A stretch of 64,000 nucleotides of DNA from a virus (taxonomy: Duplodnaviria; Caudoviricetes), in the IMG/VR virus record IMGVR_UViG_3300012984_000010, one strand, 5' to 3'. The notes under the pieces were generated by a model. It saw only the letters and a list, made by a program, of their open reading frames with translations. It was not told where the DNA came from and searched no databases. Of the stretch, positions 19,833 to 29,185 are shown one piece after another. A program made the translations under genes and the position numbers. Each line of letters opens with the position of its first letter. Within the stretch, counting starts at the first letter, position 1.

Positions 19833-22800
19833 TCATTCCCAACCATACTTGTTGACTCTAGGCGGAAAACCCCCATTGGGATTCAACGCCAAAGCATCCA
19901 AAACCAGGAATCGTTGGTCCACCGTCTGGATAGGTGATTGAGCCGAATCTTGGATTTCCCATCTGATCAACCATTCGCCTGGTTGACCGTGTTCACCCGC
20001 CAAACCTATGACGTAGAACTCCCCTACAGCCCCATTGACAGCTTTCTGACGCCCTCCTACCATCATAGGGGCCCCAGACTTAGAAATCTGGTAGAGCCGG
20101 TAATAGACCGCCGCCGGCCCATACGGACCCGTCGCATCTGAAGTCCTGATACAGAGGTCCCCACGCTGAAGTTGCTGCATGTACCGGAAGCGTTTGACAG
20201 CGTTAGTATCCGCCGAGATGCTGGGACCGACCCCATTGTTAAGGATTCTGACGATCGTGTCGTCGAACACCGTAATCCCATCATCTTCGACGATTGAGAA
20301 ATTGGATTCGGTGAAGATGACGATCTGATCCGAAACCTCAAGGTCATCCAAAAAGTTAAGGAAGGTCTCGATAGCAGCCTCAGCTCCATCCAGACAGCTG
20401 ATAGAGTCCGGCTGAGTGTCTCTGACGTACTGGGTCTCCGCTAGCAAGACCTCAGAGATGTCCAAGGCGTCAAAAGCTGACCTACGGTACGAAGTTTCGG
20501 CCAACAGCGCGTCAGAGACGCTGATGGGGGCGTCTTCAACAACTGTCCCCCGCTCATTCTCAACGATCAACTGCTCAGTGGTGTCGATCAAATCCGTAGC
20601 GATGCTTCGGATGTAGTCGGTAGACGGGATCAGCTGTTCAGCTAGCTGGATGCTGTCTTGAAGTACTTTGACGTATTCAGACGCCAGGGTGCACTGGTCC
20701 AGACAGCTGATGACGTCATTGTTTGACCGGTTCTGGTCCAAACTTACGGCACGGCTATCCACAACGAAGATTGTGTCCAGAATCGTCTTTTCGTAGACCG
20801 AGGAGATTGAGCTCTGGTCTGAAACAACGATCGCATCAGAAACAGGGCGAACATAGCTGGTGTCTGGAACCAACTGCTCGGACACTGTCACTGAATCAAC
20901 CAGGAATCGGCCGAACTCTAGCGAGAGTGTATTTTGATCTGTGGCCTGAATCGTATCAGAGGCGGCCTTTTCAGAAAACAGAGATACAAGGGGAGAATCC
21001 GATAGGGTTACCGCATCCGCAGTCAAGCGGATGTAGTCAGTAGACGGGATCAGTTGATCCGTGATGACTGCGGAATCGGCAACGAATACCGACAAGCCTT
21101 GGAACAGATCAACAATGGAGGAGTCGGTGAGGGAAATCGAATCCGACAGTAGGCGGCCGTACTCCAAACTACGCAAGAAGGAGTCAGAGGTGCTGATTGT
21201 GTCGGAAGCCGAACGATCTTTATCAATGCTTGGGATCGTCTGATCCGCCAAAACTATCGAATCGATCGGATTTCTACCGTACTCAAACCCCAACAGGAAA
21301 CTGTCAGCGGTCGTCACAGAATCTGAAAGAGCCAGGGCCTTCTCTAGACCGGCCGTTACAGCATCTGAGACACTGATCGTGTCTGAGCTGGTAGATTGAA
21401 CATCAACAACAGTCGAGTCCAAAATGGCCAGCGAATCAGATATTGTCAGAGAGTAGACGGACGAAAGGAGCGTCTGATCTGTGACAACGATCGAGTCGTT
21501 AAAGAATAGGTCCGTCGCCTGGCTAGCTGTGGCTGAGACGTCATCCAGGATCTGGAGAGTATCGGCCAAATACCTCTGGTATTGAGAAGACAGGACCAAC
21601 GAATCAGAGACGAGAATCGCATCTTGGGGGAAGGTTTTCTCCCTAAGGGTCTGATCCGATACTTGGATCGTGTCGCTAGCCAGCACCCCAATCTCAAGGC
21701 TCGTGCTCTGACTGTCGACGAGCGTCACCACGTCCGAAATGAACGTCTTTTCTACGAGCAGTTGCTCTGAAGTTAGGATTGAATCTGTGAGGGTGCGGTT
21801 GAACGTAACCTCTGTGCTGCCTTGGTCCGTAGCCGCCAACGTATCCGACAAACTCTTGGCGTATTCGGATGAGGTGCTGGTCAGATCAGTGACCGTAATA
21901 CTGTCATTTAGGAACAGGTCTATCGATTGGCTGGTAGTAGCCGAGACATCATCGATAATCGACAATGCGTCAGAAGCCGTCAGGCTGTAGACGGAAGACA
22001 GGGTGGTCTGATCTGTGACTGAAACTGTGTCTTGAGGGAACGTTTTCTCTCTAAGAGTCTGATCTGTAATAAGGATCGAATCAGACGTGCTGACCCCGTA
22101 CTCGATGCTGGTAGCAGAAGTGTCCAGGATCGAGATGACATCCGTTAGAGCGGACTCAATTTCAGGGAATGCGAAGTCAGACGTGACGATTGAATCTTGG
22201 ATTGTCCTATCAAACTGAGAACTAGTCTGAATCGAATCCGACAGGACAATGGCATCCGATCCTATGACACTATACTCTGAGCCAACAATCGTCGAATCGG
22301 TGACAGTAACGCTGTCCTGTGGGAACGTCTTCTCTATGAAAGTCTGTTCTGCAATCGAGCAAGTGTCGGACAGCAGACGGCCGAATTCTGCCGATACCAA
22401 GATCGAATCAGAAGTGCTGATTGTGTCGGAGACCAGTCTGCCGTATTCGATAGACAGCAAGGTCGAGTCAGTCAGGGCCGCACTATCGGTAGATAGTGCG
22501 GTGTCGATCGTCTGGCCGATCGACACATTGTCTGTGACCGTTAGAGTATCGTTGGCAGAACGAGAGTACTCCAAACTGATGACGGCAGTATCCGATACTG
22601 ATACGCTGTCCTGAGGGAACGATGTCTCTCTTTGGATTTGATCGCTGACAGCAATAGAATCCGATCCGGTTCGACCGTATTCGATTGACAGGGCAGCAGA
22701 ATCGGTGAGAGCGATCGAATCCGATACTCCCTTATCTACCTGATTACTCTCAGCGTCTGTGACCGAGACAGTATCCGAAACACTTCTGCCGTATTCTACA

Positions 22801-23969
22801 CTTAGAGTATTCGCATCAGTCAACGTGATGGTGTCTGCAGGCCTATACAGGTCCCAAACGAGGTCTTCAGCGACCACAATCGTGTCACTCGGCAGACGTT
22901 CGAACACGTTCTGCAGAGTCGCCGAGTCGGTAATAGAGATCGAATCGCTGGCCGATCGATCAATCACACCAGTAACGGGGAAATCAGCAACACTGGAATC
23001 AGTGATTGTGACCTGGTTGCCGTCATAGAACTCAAGAACAGCTGAGCTGGTGGTGGCGACCGTATCGTTAGACGCTCGTTCGTACGTAGCCGAGACAACA
23101 ATAGAGTCGGTGATCGATGCGGTGTCTGAAGCAGCTACCTCTAGGAAGCGCTCTTCAAAGATGCTGTCAGTGACAGCGATCGAATCGTTGCCCGATCGAT
23201 CAATCACACTAATGATGAACTCGACGACAGTTGAGTCCGTCGTACTCACAGTGTCGTTCGCCGACACATTGAACACCATGGAGGTGTTGGCCGCATCAGT
23301 AGTGGCAATCGTGTCGGTCGACAACGAAATGTCGATGAGGGTACCTAGAGTGACCGTGATCGAATCCGTCAGAGCGATCGAATCTGACACCCCCTTGTCG
23401 ACCAGATTACTCTCAGCATCTGTGACCGAGACGGTATCTCCTAAGAGGATCGAATACTCACGAGAAGCTACAGTGGAATCGGTGAGTGTGACCGAATCCG
23501 AAAGGGTCTTGTCGACCTGATTGCTCTCAGAATCTGTGACTGAGACGGTATCCGAAACACTCCTGTTGTACTCAAGGCTTCTTAGAGTAGAATCAGAGGT
23601 TGAAATACTGTCAACATTGAAGTACAGGTCCCAGACCACGTCTTCAGTGACTACCAACGTATCGCTCGAAGAACGATCGAATACGTTTTGAAGAGTAGCG
23701 GAATCGGTTACTGCAACGGTGTCGCTGGCGGATCGATCTATCGCTGAGGTGGTTGGAAAATCAGCGACGCTCGAATCAGTGATCGCGATCACGTTGCCGT
23801 CGAAGAATTCGATGACGGCTGAGCTGGTGACCGCTACTGTGTCGCTGAGTTGGAGATATGGGTTGAACCCAATATCGGTGACAGCTATGGAATCAGTAGA
23901 CGTAACTACATCGATGGTGCTAGGTAAAACACCCTCGCCGAATAGTACGAAACCAAAACTCCAAGACAT
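19833..23969 (-). CDS. Giant Ser/Thr/Asp-rich repeat protein, probable collar/whisker fibre
   Basis: 1378 aa of about 15-16-aa xxSD(S/T)(I/V)x(V/L)(S/T)D repeats plus a globular C-terminal domain. Confidence 0.7.
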   Translation of the reverse strand: MSWSFGFVLFGEGVLPSTIDVVTSTDSIAVTDIGFNPYLQLSDTVAVTSSAVIEFFDGNVIAITDSSVADFPTTSAIDRSASDTVAVTDSATLQNVFDRSSSDTLVVTEDVVWDLYFNVDSISTSDSTLRSLEYNRSVSDTVSVTDSESNQVDKTLSDSVTLTDSTVASREYSILLGDTVSVTDAESNLVDKGVSDSIALTDSITVTLGTLIDISLSTDTIATTDAANTSMVFNVSANDTVSTTDSTVVEFIISVIDRSGNDSIAVTDSIFEERFLEVAASDTASITDSIVVSATYERASNDTVATTSSAVLEFYDGNQVTITDSSVADFPVTGVIDRSASDSISITDSATLQNVFERLPSDTIVVAEDLVWDLYRPADTITLTDANTLSVEYGRSVSDTVSVTDAESNQVDKGVSDSIALTDSAALSIEYGRTGSDSIAVSDQIQRETSFPQDSVSVSDTAVISLEYSRSANDTLTVTDNVSIGQTIDTALSTDSAALTDSTLLSIEYGRLVSDTISTSDSILVSAEFGRLLSDTCSIAEQTFIEKTFPQDSVTVTDSTIVGSEYSVIGSDAIVLSDSIQTSSQFDRTIQDSIVTSDFAFPEIESALTDVISILDTSATSIEYGVSTSDSILITDQTLREKTFPQDTVSVTDQTTLSSVYSLTASDALSIIDDVSATTSQSIDLFLNDSITVTDLTSTSSEYAKSLSDTLAATDQGSTEVTFNRTLTDSILTSEQLLVEKTFISDVVTLVDSQSTSLEIGVLASDTIQVSDQTLREKTFPQDAILVSDSLVLSSQYQRYLADTLQILDDVSATASQATDLFFNDSIVVTDQTLLSSVYSLTISDSLAILDSTVVDVQSTSSDTISVSDAVTAGLEKALALSDSVTTADSFLLGFEYGRNPIDSIVLADQTIPSIDKDRSASDTISTSDSFLRSLEYGRLLSDSISLTDSSIVDLFQGLSVFVADSAVITDQLIPSTDYIRLTADAVTLSDSPLVSLFSEKAASDTIQATDQNTLSLEFGRFLVDSVTVSEQLVPDTSYVRPVSDAIVVSDQSSISSVYEKTILDTIFVVDSRAVSLDQNRSNNDVISCLDQCTLASEYVKVLQDSIQLAEQLIPSTDYIRSIATDLIDTTEQLIVENERGTVVEDAPISVSDALLAETSYRRSAFDALDISEVLLAETQYVRDTQPDSISCLDGAEAAIETFLNFLDDLEVSDQIVIFTESNFSIVEDDGITVFDDTIVRILNNGVGPSISADTNAVKRFRYMQQLQRGDLCIRTSDATGPYGPAAVYYRLYQISKSGAPMMVGGRQKAVNGAVGEFYVIGLAGEHGQPGEWLIRWEIQDSAQSPIQTVDQRFLVLDALALNPNGGFPPRVNKYGWE

Positions 23970-24322
23970 TAGCTAATCGATCGTATTGTCCAAGAAAAGG
24001 CGCGGTCAGTTCCAGCAATCTTCTTCAGAGTGACGTCCCAACCTACTCCCACCTGCCACCCTGCTGTGACGAACAGGGGGTCAGCTTGAGCCCCCACCAA
24101 AGTGGCAATGACCATTCTTCTCTGGGTGCCGCCGCTTACAGCCTTTTCAAGTATAGCTAGTTCAAATTCATCACCAGCTGCTAAAGCATTGACATCGATC
24201 CACACAGATATCACTGCTACAGTTGTGACCGTAGCTAAAGAGGTAGAGTTGGCGGTTAGGCTGTACTCAGTAGAAGAGATCGTCTGAGCAGATTGAGAGT
24301 AAAGAGCATTATTTAAGGCCAT
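23969..24322 (-). CDS. Small beta-rich virion-associated protein
   Basis: 117 aa, coupled to the fibre gene. Confidence 0.6.
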   Translation of the reverse strand: MALNNALYSQSAQTISSTEYSLTANSTSLATVTTVAVISVWIDVNALAAGDEFELAILEKAVSGGTQRRMVIATLVGAQADPLFVTAGWQVGVGWDVTLKKIAGTDRAFSWTIRSIS

Positions 24323-24325
24323 TGT

Positions 24326-25186
24326 TCATTTCACTCCATAGGCGCCCATTGAGATACCAGACACTGCGGTACCACTACATTGGAGGCGCCCGTACACAAT
24401 ATCCCCTGCTTTGGCTTGGTAGAGGCTTCCCACAGCGATACCGTTGTCGTACCACTGTTCGGTTGTAGTGCCTTGCCAGACCCTATCTTCTCCGACTATG
24501 ACCTTATTCGAAGCGTCCCCGATTCCCAGATCCCCCGTATAGGCCACAGCTGTAATGGTGCCTTGATTTATACCTACACCATATTGCCAAAACCACGGAT
24601 TGTCTCCAGAAGCAATGGTCCCCAACGAAGTCCAAGTGCCCTCGGAGGTTGTTCCTGGAGTCACTGCGGTACCTGTCGAGCTACCGGTACTGATCCCGTA
24701 GGCAATAACTTTGGAACCTACCAAGACGTTTCTACGGTCTCTAGGAGCCCCGTATACCCGAATACCGCATCGAAGGGTTCCGACTGTTGCATTGTTGACC
24801 GACGCTCGGACAGCGACCGTAGACCCAGCTTTGATGTAAAGTGGGAAGAAGTAGTTCAGGCCAGAACCAGTTGCTCCCAATGAAGGAGCTGCACTGGAAG
24901 CTAACAAGGACGGAATGAGAACCGTGTACGAGGTACCGCCAGCGGCATCAATACCTATGTCACAAATCGTATCCCTAGCGGCTGTAGAAACAGCATTTGA
25001 GCTAAATTGGATCTGAAGTCCGAAAACATCCTTCGATACGTTGCCGGAAGTCAAAACCTGGGCATACGACCCCATCGTATTATTGCCAGGAGTCACAGAA
25101 GTGCCCCAGGAGGCGGCAATACGAGTACTACCCGTAGAAGAGAAACTCCAACCGTATCCAGTCAATCCTTTGGGCGTCCAGAGCAT
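24326..25186 (-). CDS. Gly/Thr-rich beta protein with two internal repeats, fibre-associated (start revised to ATG 25186)
   Basis: AAGGAG SD before 25186; repeats TSVTPGNNTMGSYAQV and TAVTPGTTSEGTWTSL. Confidence 0.6.
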   Translation of the reverse strand: MLWTPKGLTGYGWSFSSTGSTRIAASWGTSVTPGNNTMGSYAQVLTSGNVSKDVFGLQIQFSSNAVSTAARDTICDIGIDAAGGTSYTVLIPSLLASSAAPSLGATGSGLNYFFPLYIKAGSTVAVRASVNNATVGTLRCGIRVYGAPRDRRNVLVGSKVIAYGISTGSSTGTAVTPGTTSEGTWTSLGTIASGDNPWFWQYGVGINQGTITAVAYTGDLGIGDASNKVIVGEDRVWQGTTTEQWYDNGIAVGSLYQAKAGDIVYGRLQCSGTAVSGISMGAYGVK

Positions 25187-25336
25187 CTCAAAACTCCTTG
25201 TAGGGGGCAACCTAGAACGCCCAATAAGGGTTCTTATGGGTTGGAGACTGTCTGATTAGATCGCCTCACAAAGGTGCGCTAATAAGAAGGCTAAGTAGTT
25301 AGTCATCTCATTGGAACAGACAATACCCCTTTAAAC

Positions 25337-25379
25337 AGAAATGCCGTACCGAAGCAAAAGCATCGAGTACGGCATTTCT
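25337..25379. terminator. Intrinsic terminator, possibly bidirectional
   Basis: 13-bp stem AGAAATGCCGTAC/GTACGGCATTTCT with T-tracts on both sides. Confidence 0.7.
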
Positions 25380-25418
25380 TTTTGACAACTTCCGATATGT
25401 TGTCAAGTCGTAGAAGAA

Positions 25419-25901
25419 TCAGGTCACACGGGCGCGGTAGGTGATACGTAGTTTATCCGCCGTGGTCTTGTTGACGGCTGTGAACGTCGAACGAGACAAG
25501 GCCGAACCACCAGGGCTGGTGGGCGAGTTCATCACAACTACTTCACGGATGTTGGTGGCCGACTTGGTACCAGCACCAGAAGCGTACGAGACGATCCACT
25601 GCATGGTGCGGGTGCCGCTCAACAGAGTGACGGCAGCGGCCGCCAAAGTGCCGGTCACAGGGGTGATGAGATTGGTTTGAGCGGAAGAGGCAGCCACACC
25701 AGAGGTGCCGATACGCATCCTGGTGAATGAGTGCGTGTTGAGACCCGTGCTCATACGCCAAATCTGGCGCTTGCCGGTGTTGACCACGAGATTCGGAACA
25801 ACGCGCCGTTCCAACACCTCAGGGCCAGTCTTACCGTCACGAATCACTTCGATGATGTATACGCCCGAGGCGTTCAGTTCGTCATTCAGATTGTCTGACA
25901 T
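25419..25901 (-). CDS. Virion structural protein (tail-fibre/collar N-terminal-type domain; start revised to ATG 25901)
   Basis: VPNLVVNTG...MRIGTSGVAASSAQTNL...IREVVV...LRITYRARV pattern common in phage fibre-base proteins. Confidence 0.6.
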   Translation of the reverse strand: MSDNLNDELNASGVYIIEVIRDGKTGPEVLERRVVPNLVVNTGKRQIWRMSTGLNTHSFTRMRIGTSGVAASSAQTNLITPVTGTLAAAAVTLLSGTRTMQWIVSYASGAGTKSATNIREVVVMNSPTSPGGSALSRSTFTAVNKTTADKLRITYRARVT

Positions 25902-27753
25902 TCTCGATAGTCTCCTCCAACAGATTGATGTTGGCTTGCGCCTCTTCGAATGCCCAAGCAGCAGCATTATCCGGAAGCAGTTCTAGTACTTTACGTGCCC
26001 AATAAAGAGAATCTTTAAGCCTCCCTAGCTCTCCAAAACACATCGCCAGTCGTTGGCAAGGCATCCAAGAGTAGCAGGACAGATCTACCCACCAAAGGGT
26101 GAAGGGGGGCTCTCCTACTTTAGTTCCCGCATACAAGTAGAATTGAAGGGCTTCCTCGTATTTCTCTTCATTGAAGGCCAGATCCCCCAACCAAACCCAA
26201 TGCTCAGTGCGACTCCAGTCATCGCCCGAACAACCCATCAAGGTTTCCCTAGCCTGGGCTAGTATTTCCTTGACCTTGGCCTGCTCACCCTTCTTGGCGG
26301 CCTCTTCTGCCTCTTGGGCGTACAGTTTGGCCAGTTGGAGGCGAGTATGATACCGCATTGCCCCATTCTTTCTGGGCAAACGGATGTATTCCTCCATGTA
26401 GGATCTGGCCCTTACAGGGTCGTATTCCCGCCATTCAGTACCCAAGTAGTGCAGCGAATTCTCGTTGCGGTTGGCTCTCCAATCTTCCAAGAGAGTCAGA
26501 CGGTTCTGGGTCTTTCGTTGCTCGGCTCTTGAGAGCTCACGGTCATGCACCCTATCATGTAGGGTTCGGATGGTCGGTAGTTGGACCACATAAGACCCAT
26601 CTGGGTAGTCCAGAACATTGTGGGTCTTACGCTTGTATCGGATATCCTTCTGGTTTTTGCACAACCAGGGGAACGCCCATTGCTGATCATGACCCGTCCG
26701 GAGGACGAATCCGACCTTGATAGCTTGATTCAGGTTATTGAGAGAGAGGAGGGTTTCCCAACCACTGATCAGACGCTCATGCCCCTCGGTCATGAAGATC
26801 CATTGGCCAGTGCAACGGTCCATGCATTGGTTGCGAATCCAACCAAAGTGGACTCCACCATCTGGAGTCTCATCATCCTTTGGTCCCTCAGGATCTTTGA
26901 GATCAAAGATCACATCGGCGTACTTCTCAGCCACTTCCCTGGTGTTGTCGACCGTCCTAGGGTCGATACCAATCACTATTTCGTCCGCCACTCCACGGAA
27001 GCTGGCCAGAGTGGCCTCCAGGTCGGCACCCTCATCACGGCAGGGCATCGTCACCGACAAGGTGAAACCTTTGGGATACCCACATACGCCCAACAGATAG
27101 GGCCCCAGCACCTCAATCCGCACGTCGTTGAAGTGCTGCTGCAAGTCCCGTTTGAAGGACATGGCCGTGTATTTGATGGTGTGTTGCGGTTCTTCGTCCG
27201 GTCCCAAACGATCGTTGGGAACAGAGAGCAGCGCTTTACCTATTTTGGCCGCTGTGCTGAACAGTAGATGTCGAGTGGCGGCGCTCAGGTGCTCCACCAC
27301 CTCAGTCGCCACCACTACATCGCGGCCAGTAACGACTCGCTGAAGATCGGCTTCGTTCTCCAGGTCAGCAATAGCTGTTTCCAGGCCTTCTTCAGCCGCT
27401 TTCTTGAGAGCTTCTTCACTGTGATCCACCACCAGGACGTTGGCTTTTTTCGTATCGCGGAGGCGTCGTCCCAATGCACCTACACCGCCGCCCAGGTCTA
27501 CCACATTAGCCCCCTCAGGCAAAATTCTTTCGACACGAGTGTACACTTGCCGCAAAGCATTGACCCGCCACTCTTCCTCCCCCTTCTCTGCCCACAGGCG
27601 ATTCCAAAGGTCAGGGCTATTGGCAGATCGGGCCGCCCTCTCAGCTGCTCTCGATTCAGCCATATCCGCAGCGGAGGCTTGGAGCATCATATCTGGCTTC
27701 CTAGGGCCAGTGGGAGGTTTTTCGGTCAGGTTGTGTAGATCTTCATTTTGCAT
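25882..27753 (-). CDS. Class I SAM methyltransferase-GT2 glycosyltransferase-TPR fusion
   Basis: VVDLGGGVG, VVDHS, VVVATEVVEHL (MTase); LSVTMPCRDE...VADEIVIGID..TVDNT..VA, HFGWIRNQC (GT2); helical TPR-like C-terminus. Confidence 0.85.
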   Translation of the reverse strand: MQNEDLHNLTEKPPTGPRKPDMMLQASAADMAESRAAERAARSANSPDLWNRLWAEKGEEEWRVNALRQVYTRVERILPEGANVVDLGGGVGALGRRLRDTKKANVLVVDHSEEALKKAAEEGLETAIADLENEADLQRVVTGRDVVVATEVVEHLSAATRHLLFSTAAKIGKALLSVPNDRLGPDEEPQHTIKYTAMSFKRDLQQHFNDVRIEVLGPYLLGVCGYPKGFTLSVTMPCRDEGADLEATLASFRGVADEIVIGIDPRTVDNTREVAEKYADVIFDLKDPEGPKDDETPDGGVHFGWIRNQCMDRCTGQWIFMTEGHERLISGWETLLSLNNLNQAIKVGFVLRTGHDQQWAFPWLCKNQKDIRYKRKTHNVLDYPDGSYVVQLPTIRTLHDRVHDRELSRAEQRKTQNRLTLLEDWRANRNENSLHYLGTEWREYDPVRARSYMEEYIRLPRKNGAMRYHTRLQLAKLYAQEAEEAAKKGEQAKVKEILAQARETLMGCSGDDWSRTEHWVWLGDLAFNEEKYEEALQFYLYAGTKVGEPPFTLWWVDLSCYSWMPCQRLAMCFGELGRLKDSLYWARKVLELLPDNAAAWAFEEAQANINLLEETIENVRQSE

Positions 27754-27771
27754 CTTATCTGGGGTCCTCTA

Positions 27772-28383
27772 CTACTCACGTTTGCGAATAGGGTGTGGGT
27801 CTATGATGTAACTACGAATCTCTTCTGGGGGAAGCTTGGGAAGCTGCTTGGTCTTTGGGGGTATGGCGGGCTGTAGGGATGGTAGGGGCTCTTGGAATGT
27901 TGGTATAGCGCTCAGCAAACCATCCCCTTGAAAAGCGATTTGTAGCACACCATCAATCCATGGGTATACCTCATCGGTGGTCTCCAGACCATCCAAAGAT
28001 ACACGATTGTACTGGAATTCCAACCCTGTCGTCTCAGTCAGGGTCAGTAGATCGGTACCGAACGCATCTTGTACTCTACCTGATTGGATAGCATCCACAA
28101 CGGACATCAAATCCGAAGGAGCCACCCCGTAGAACATCGCCACCAAGACTTGATCCGTAAGGTTGGAACCATCGAACGGCTTGCGTTCATAACCGTTGCT
28201 AGTCAGGGCACTGTCCTGGGTCGAAACTGCATCAATCGCACCAGCACTCAAGTTGGACTCGACATTGACCTGATCCGAATATCCCACCGAATCGGCTAGG
28301 GCAAATTGATACGCCATCGCCAGTGCGATAGCATCTGCCGAGATCGATAGAGTGTCAGCCAAAACCTCATCAATCTGAGTCAT
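27772..28383 (-). CDS. Short Ser/Asp-repeat fibre-like protein
   Basis: Same xxD(S/T)xxxxD repeat as the 1378-aa protein. Confidence 0.6.
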   Translation of the reverse strand: MTQIDEVLADTLSISADAIALAMAYQFALADSVGYSDQVNVESNLSAGAIDAVSTQDSALTSNGYERKPFDGSNLTDQVLVAMFYGVAPSDLMSVVDAIQSGRVQDAFGTDLLTLTETTGLEFQYNRVSLDGLETTDEVYPWIDGVLQIAFQGDGLLSAIPTFQEPLPSLQPAIPPKTKQLPKLPPEEIRSYIIDPHPIRKRE

Positions 28384-28392
28384 CTGATTCTC

Positions 28393-28782
28393 TCAACAGG
28401 AGCCAGTCTTGATGAAAGAGGCTTGGCTTGCGGCCGGTTGGTTGACGACATCGTAGTCAATCACAATCAGCTGTGGGATAGGAGCGTAGCTGAAAGTCAG
28501 GTTCCAATGACCCAACTGGTTAGCATAGAAGCGTATCCCGTAAGCTCCACCAGTCAACTGATTCCAATAGATGCTTCCCGAAACCACCTGGCTGTCTTGG
28601 ACGGTCGTACCATCCACCAACGGCCAAGATACGGTCTGATTGTTGAGCGTGAGGATTAGCCCGACATTGGACGGAATCAAACCCGTTACGGGGTTGTATT
28701 GGTCCGACTGAAAGATGTTGACCTGATCGAACGTGATCCGGTTCACCTGCACTTGTCGATTACGAAAGGTAGCGGCCATCAT
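28393..28782 (-). CDS. Hypothetical virion beta-domain protein
   Basis: 129 aa; GAYGIRFYANQLGHWNLTF resembles the Ig-like GxW/Y strands of neighbours. Confidence 0.55.
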   Translation of the reverse strand: MMAATFRNRQVQVNRITFDQVNIFQSDQYNPVTGLIPSNVGLILTLNNQTVSWPLVDGTTVQDSQVVSGSIYWNQLTGGAYGIRFYANQLGHWNLTFSYAPIPQLIVIDYDVVNQPAASQASFIKTGSC

Positions 28783-28804
28783 CTAACCATTTCGTAAAAG
28801 GAAA

Positions 28805-29185
28805 TCACAGCTCTTGAACGGTCAGGTAACCGACTGGGAAATAGACTGGTTTGGTGTCAACGTTCTTGGTTGTCTGCACTGCCTTGAAATACAGCATGTT
28901 GCCTGCCGTCAAAGCGTCAAAAATGCCTACCGCCACCACCGAACCCCACGCAGAAGTAGGTGTTGGGAAATTGATCGCCCCTGTGTTGGCCACCATCTTC
29001 CCTGAAGGTGCTCCAAACACAACCGTCTGACGCTGATACGCCCCACCCACCACCTCGACCCCACCTCCAGCACTCGTAGGCTCTACCGTGTAGAGCGCCA
29101 CATACAGGGCACTTGGGAGGGTAGGCGTGATTCCTCTCAACCATCCGTTGAGTATCTGGTTTGCTAGGTAATCACTCTTGTTCAT
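28805..29185 (-). CDS. Phage tail-fibre-associated structural protein
   Basis: SDYLANQIL...LYVALYTVEP...GGGVEVVGGAYQRQTVVFGAP...INFPTPTSAWG...VGIFDALTAGNML, a widespread phage family pattern. Confidence 0.7.
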   Translation of the reverse strand: MNKSDYLANQILNGWLRGITPTLPSALYVALYTVEPTSAGGGVEVVGGAYQRQTVVFGAPSGKMVANTGAINFPTPTSAWGSVVAVGIFDALTAGNMLYFKAVQTTKNVDTKPVYFPVGYLTVQEL

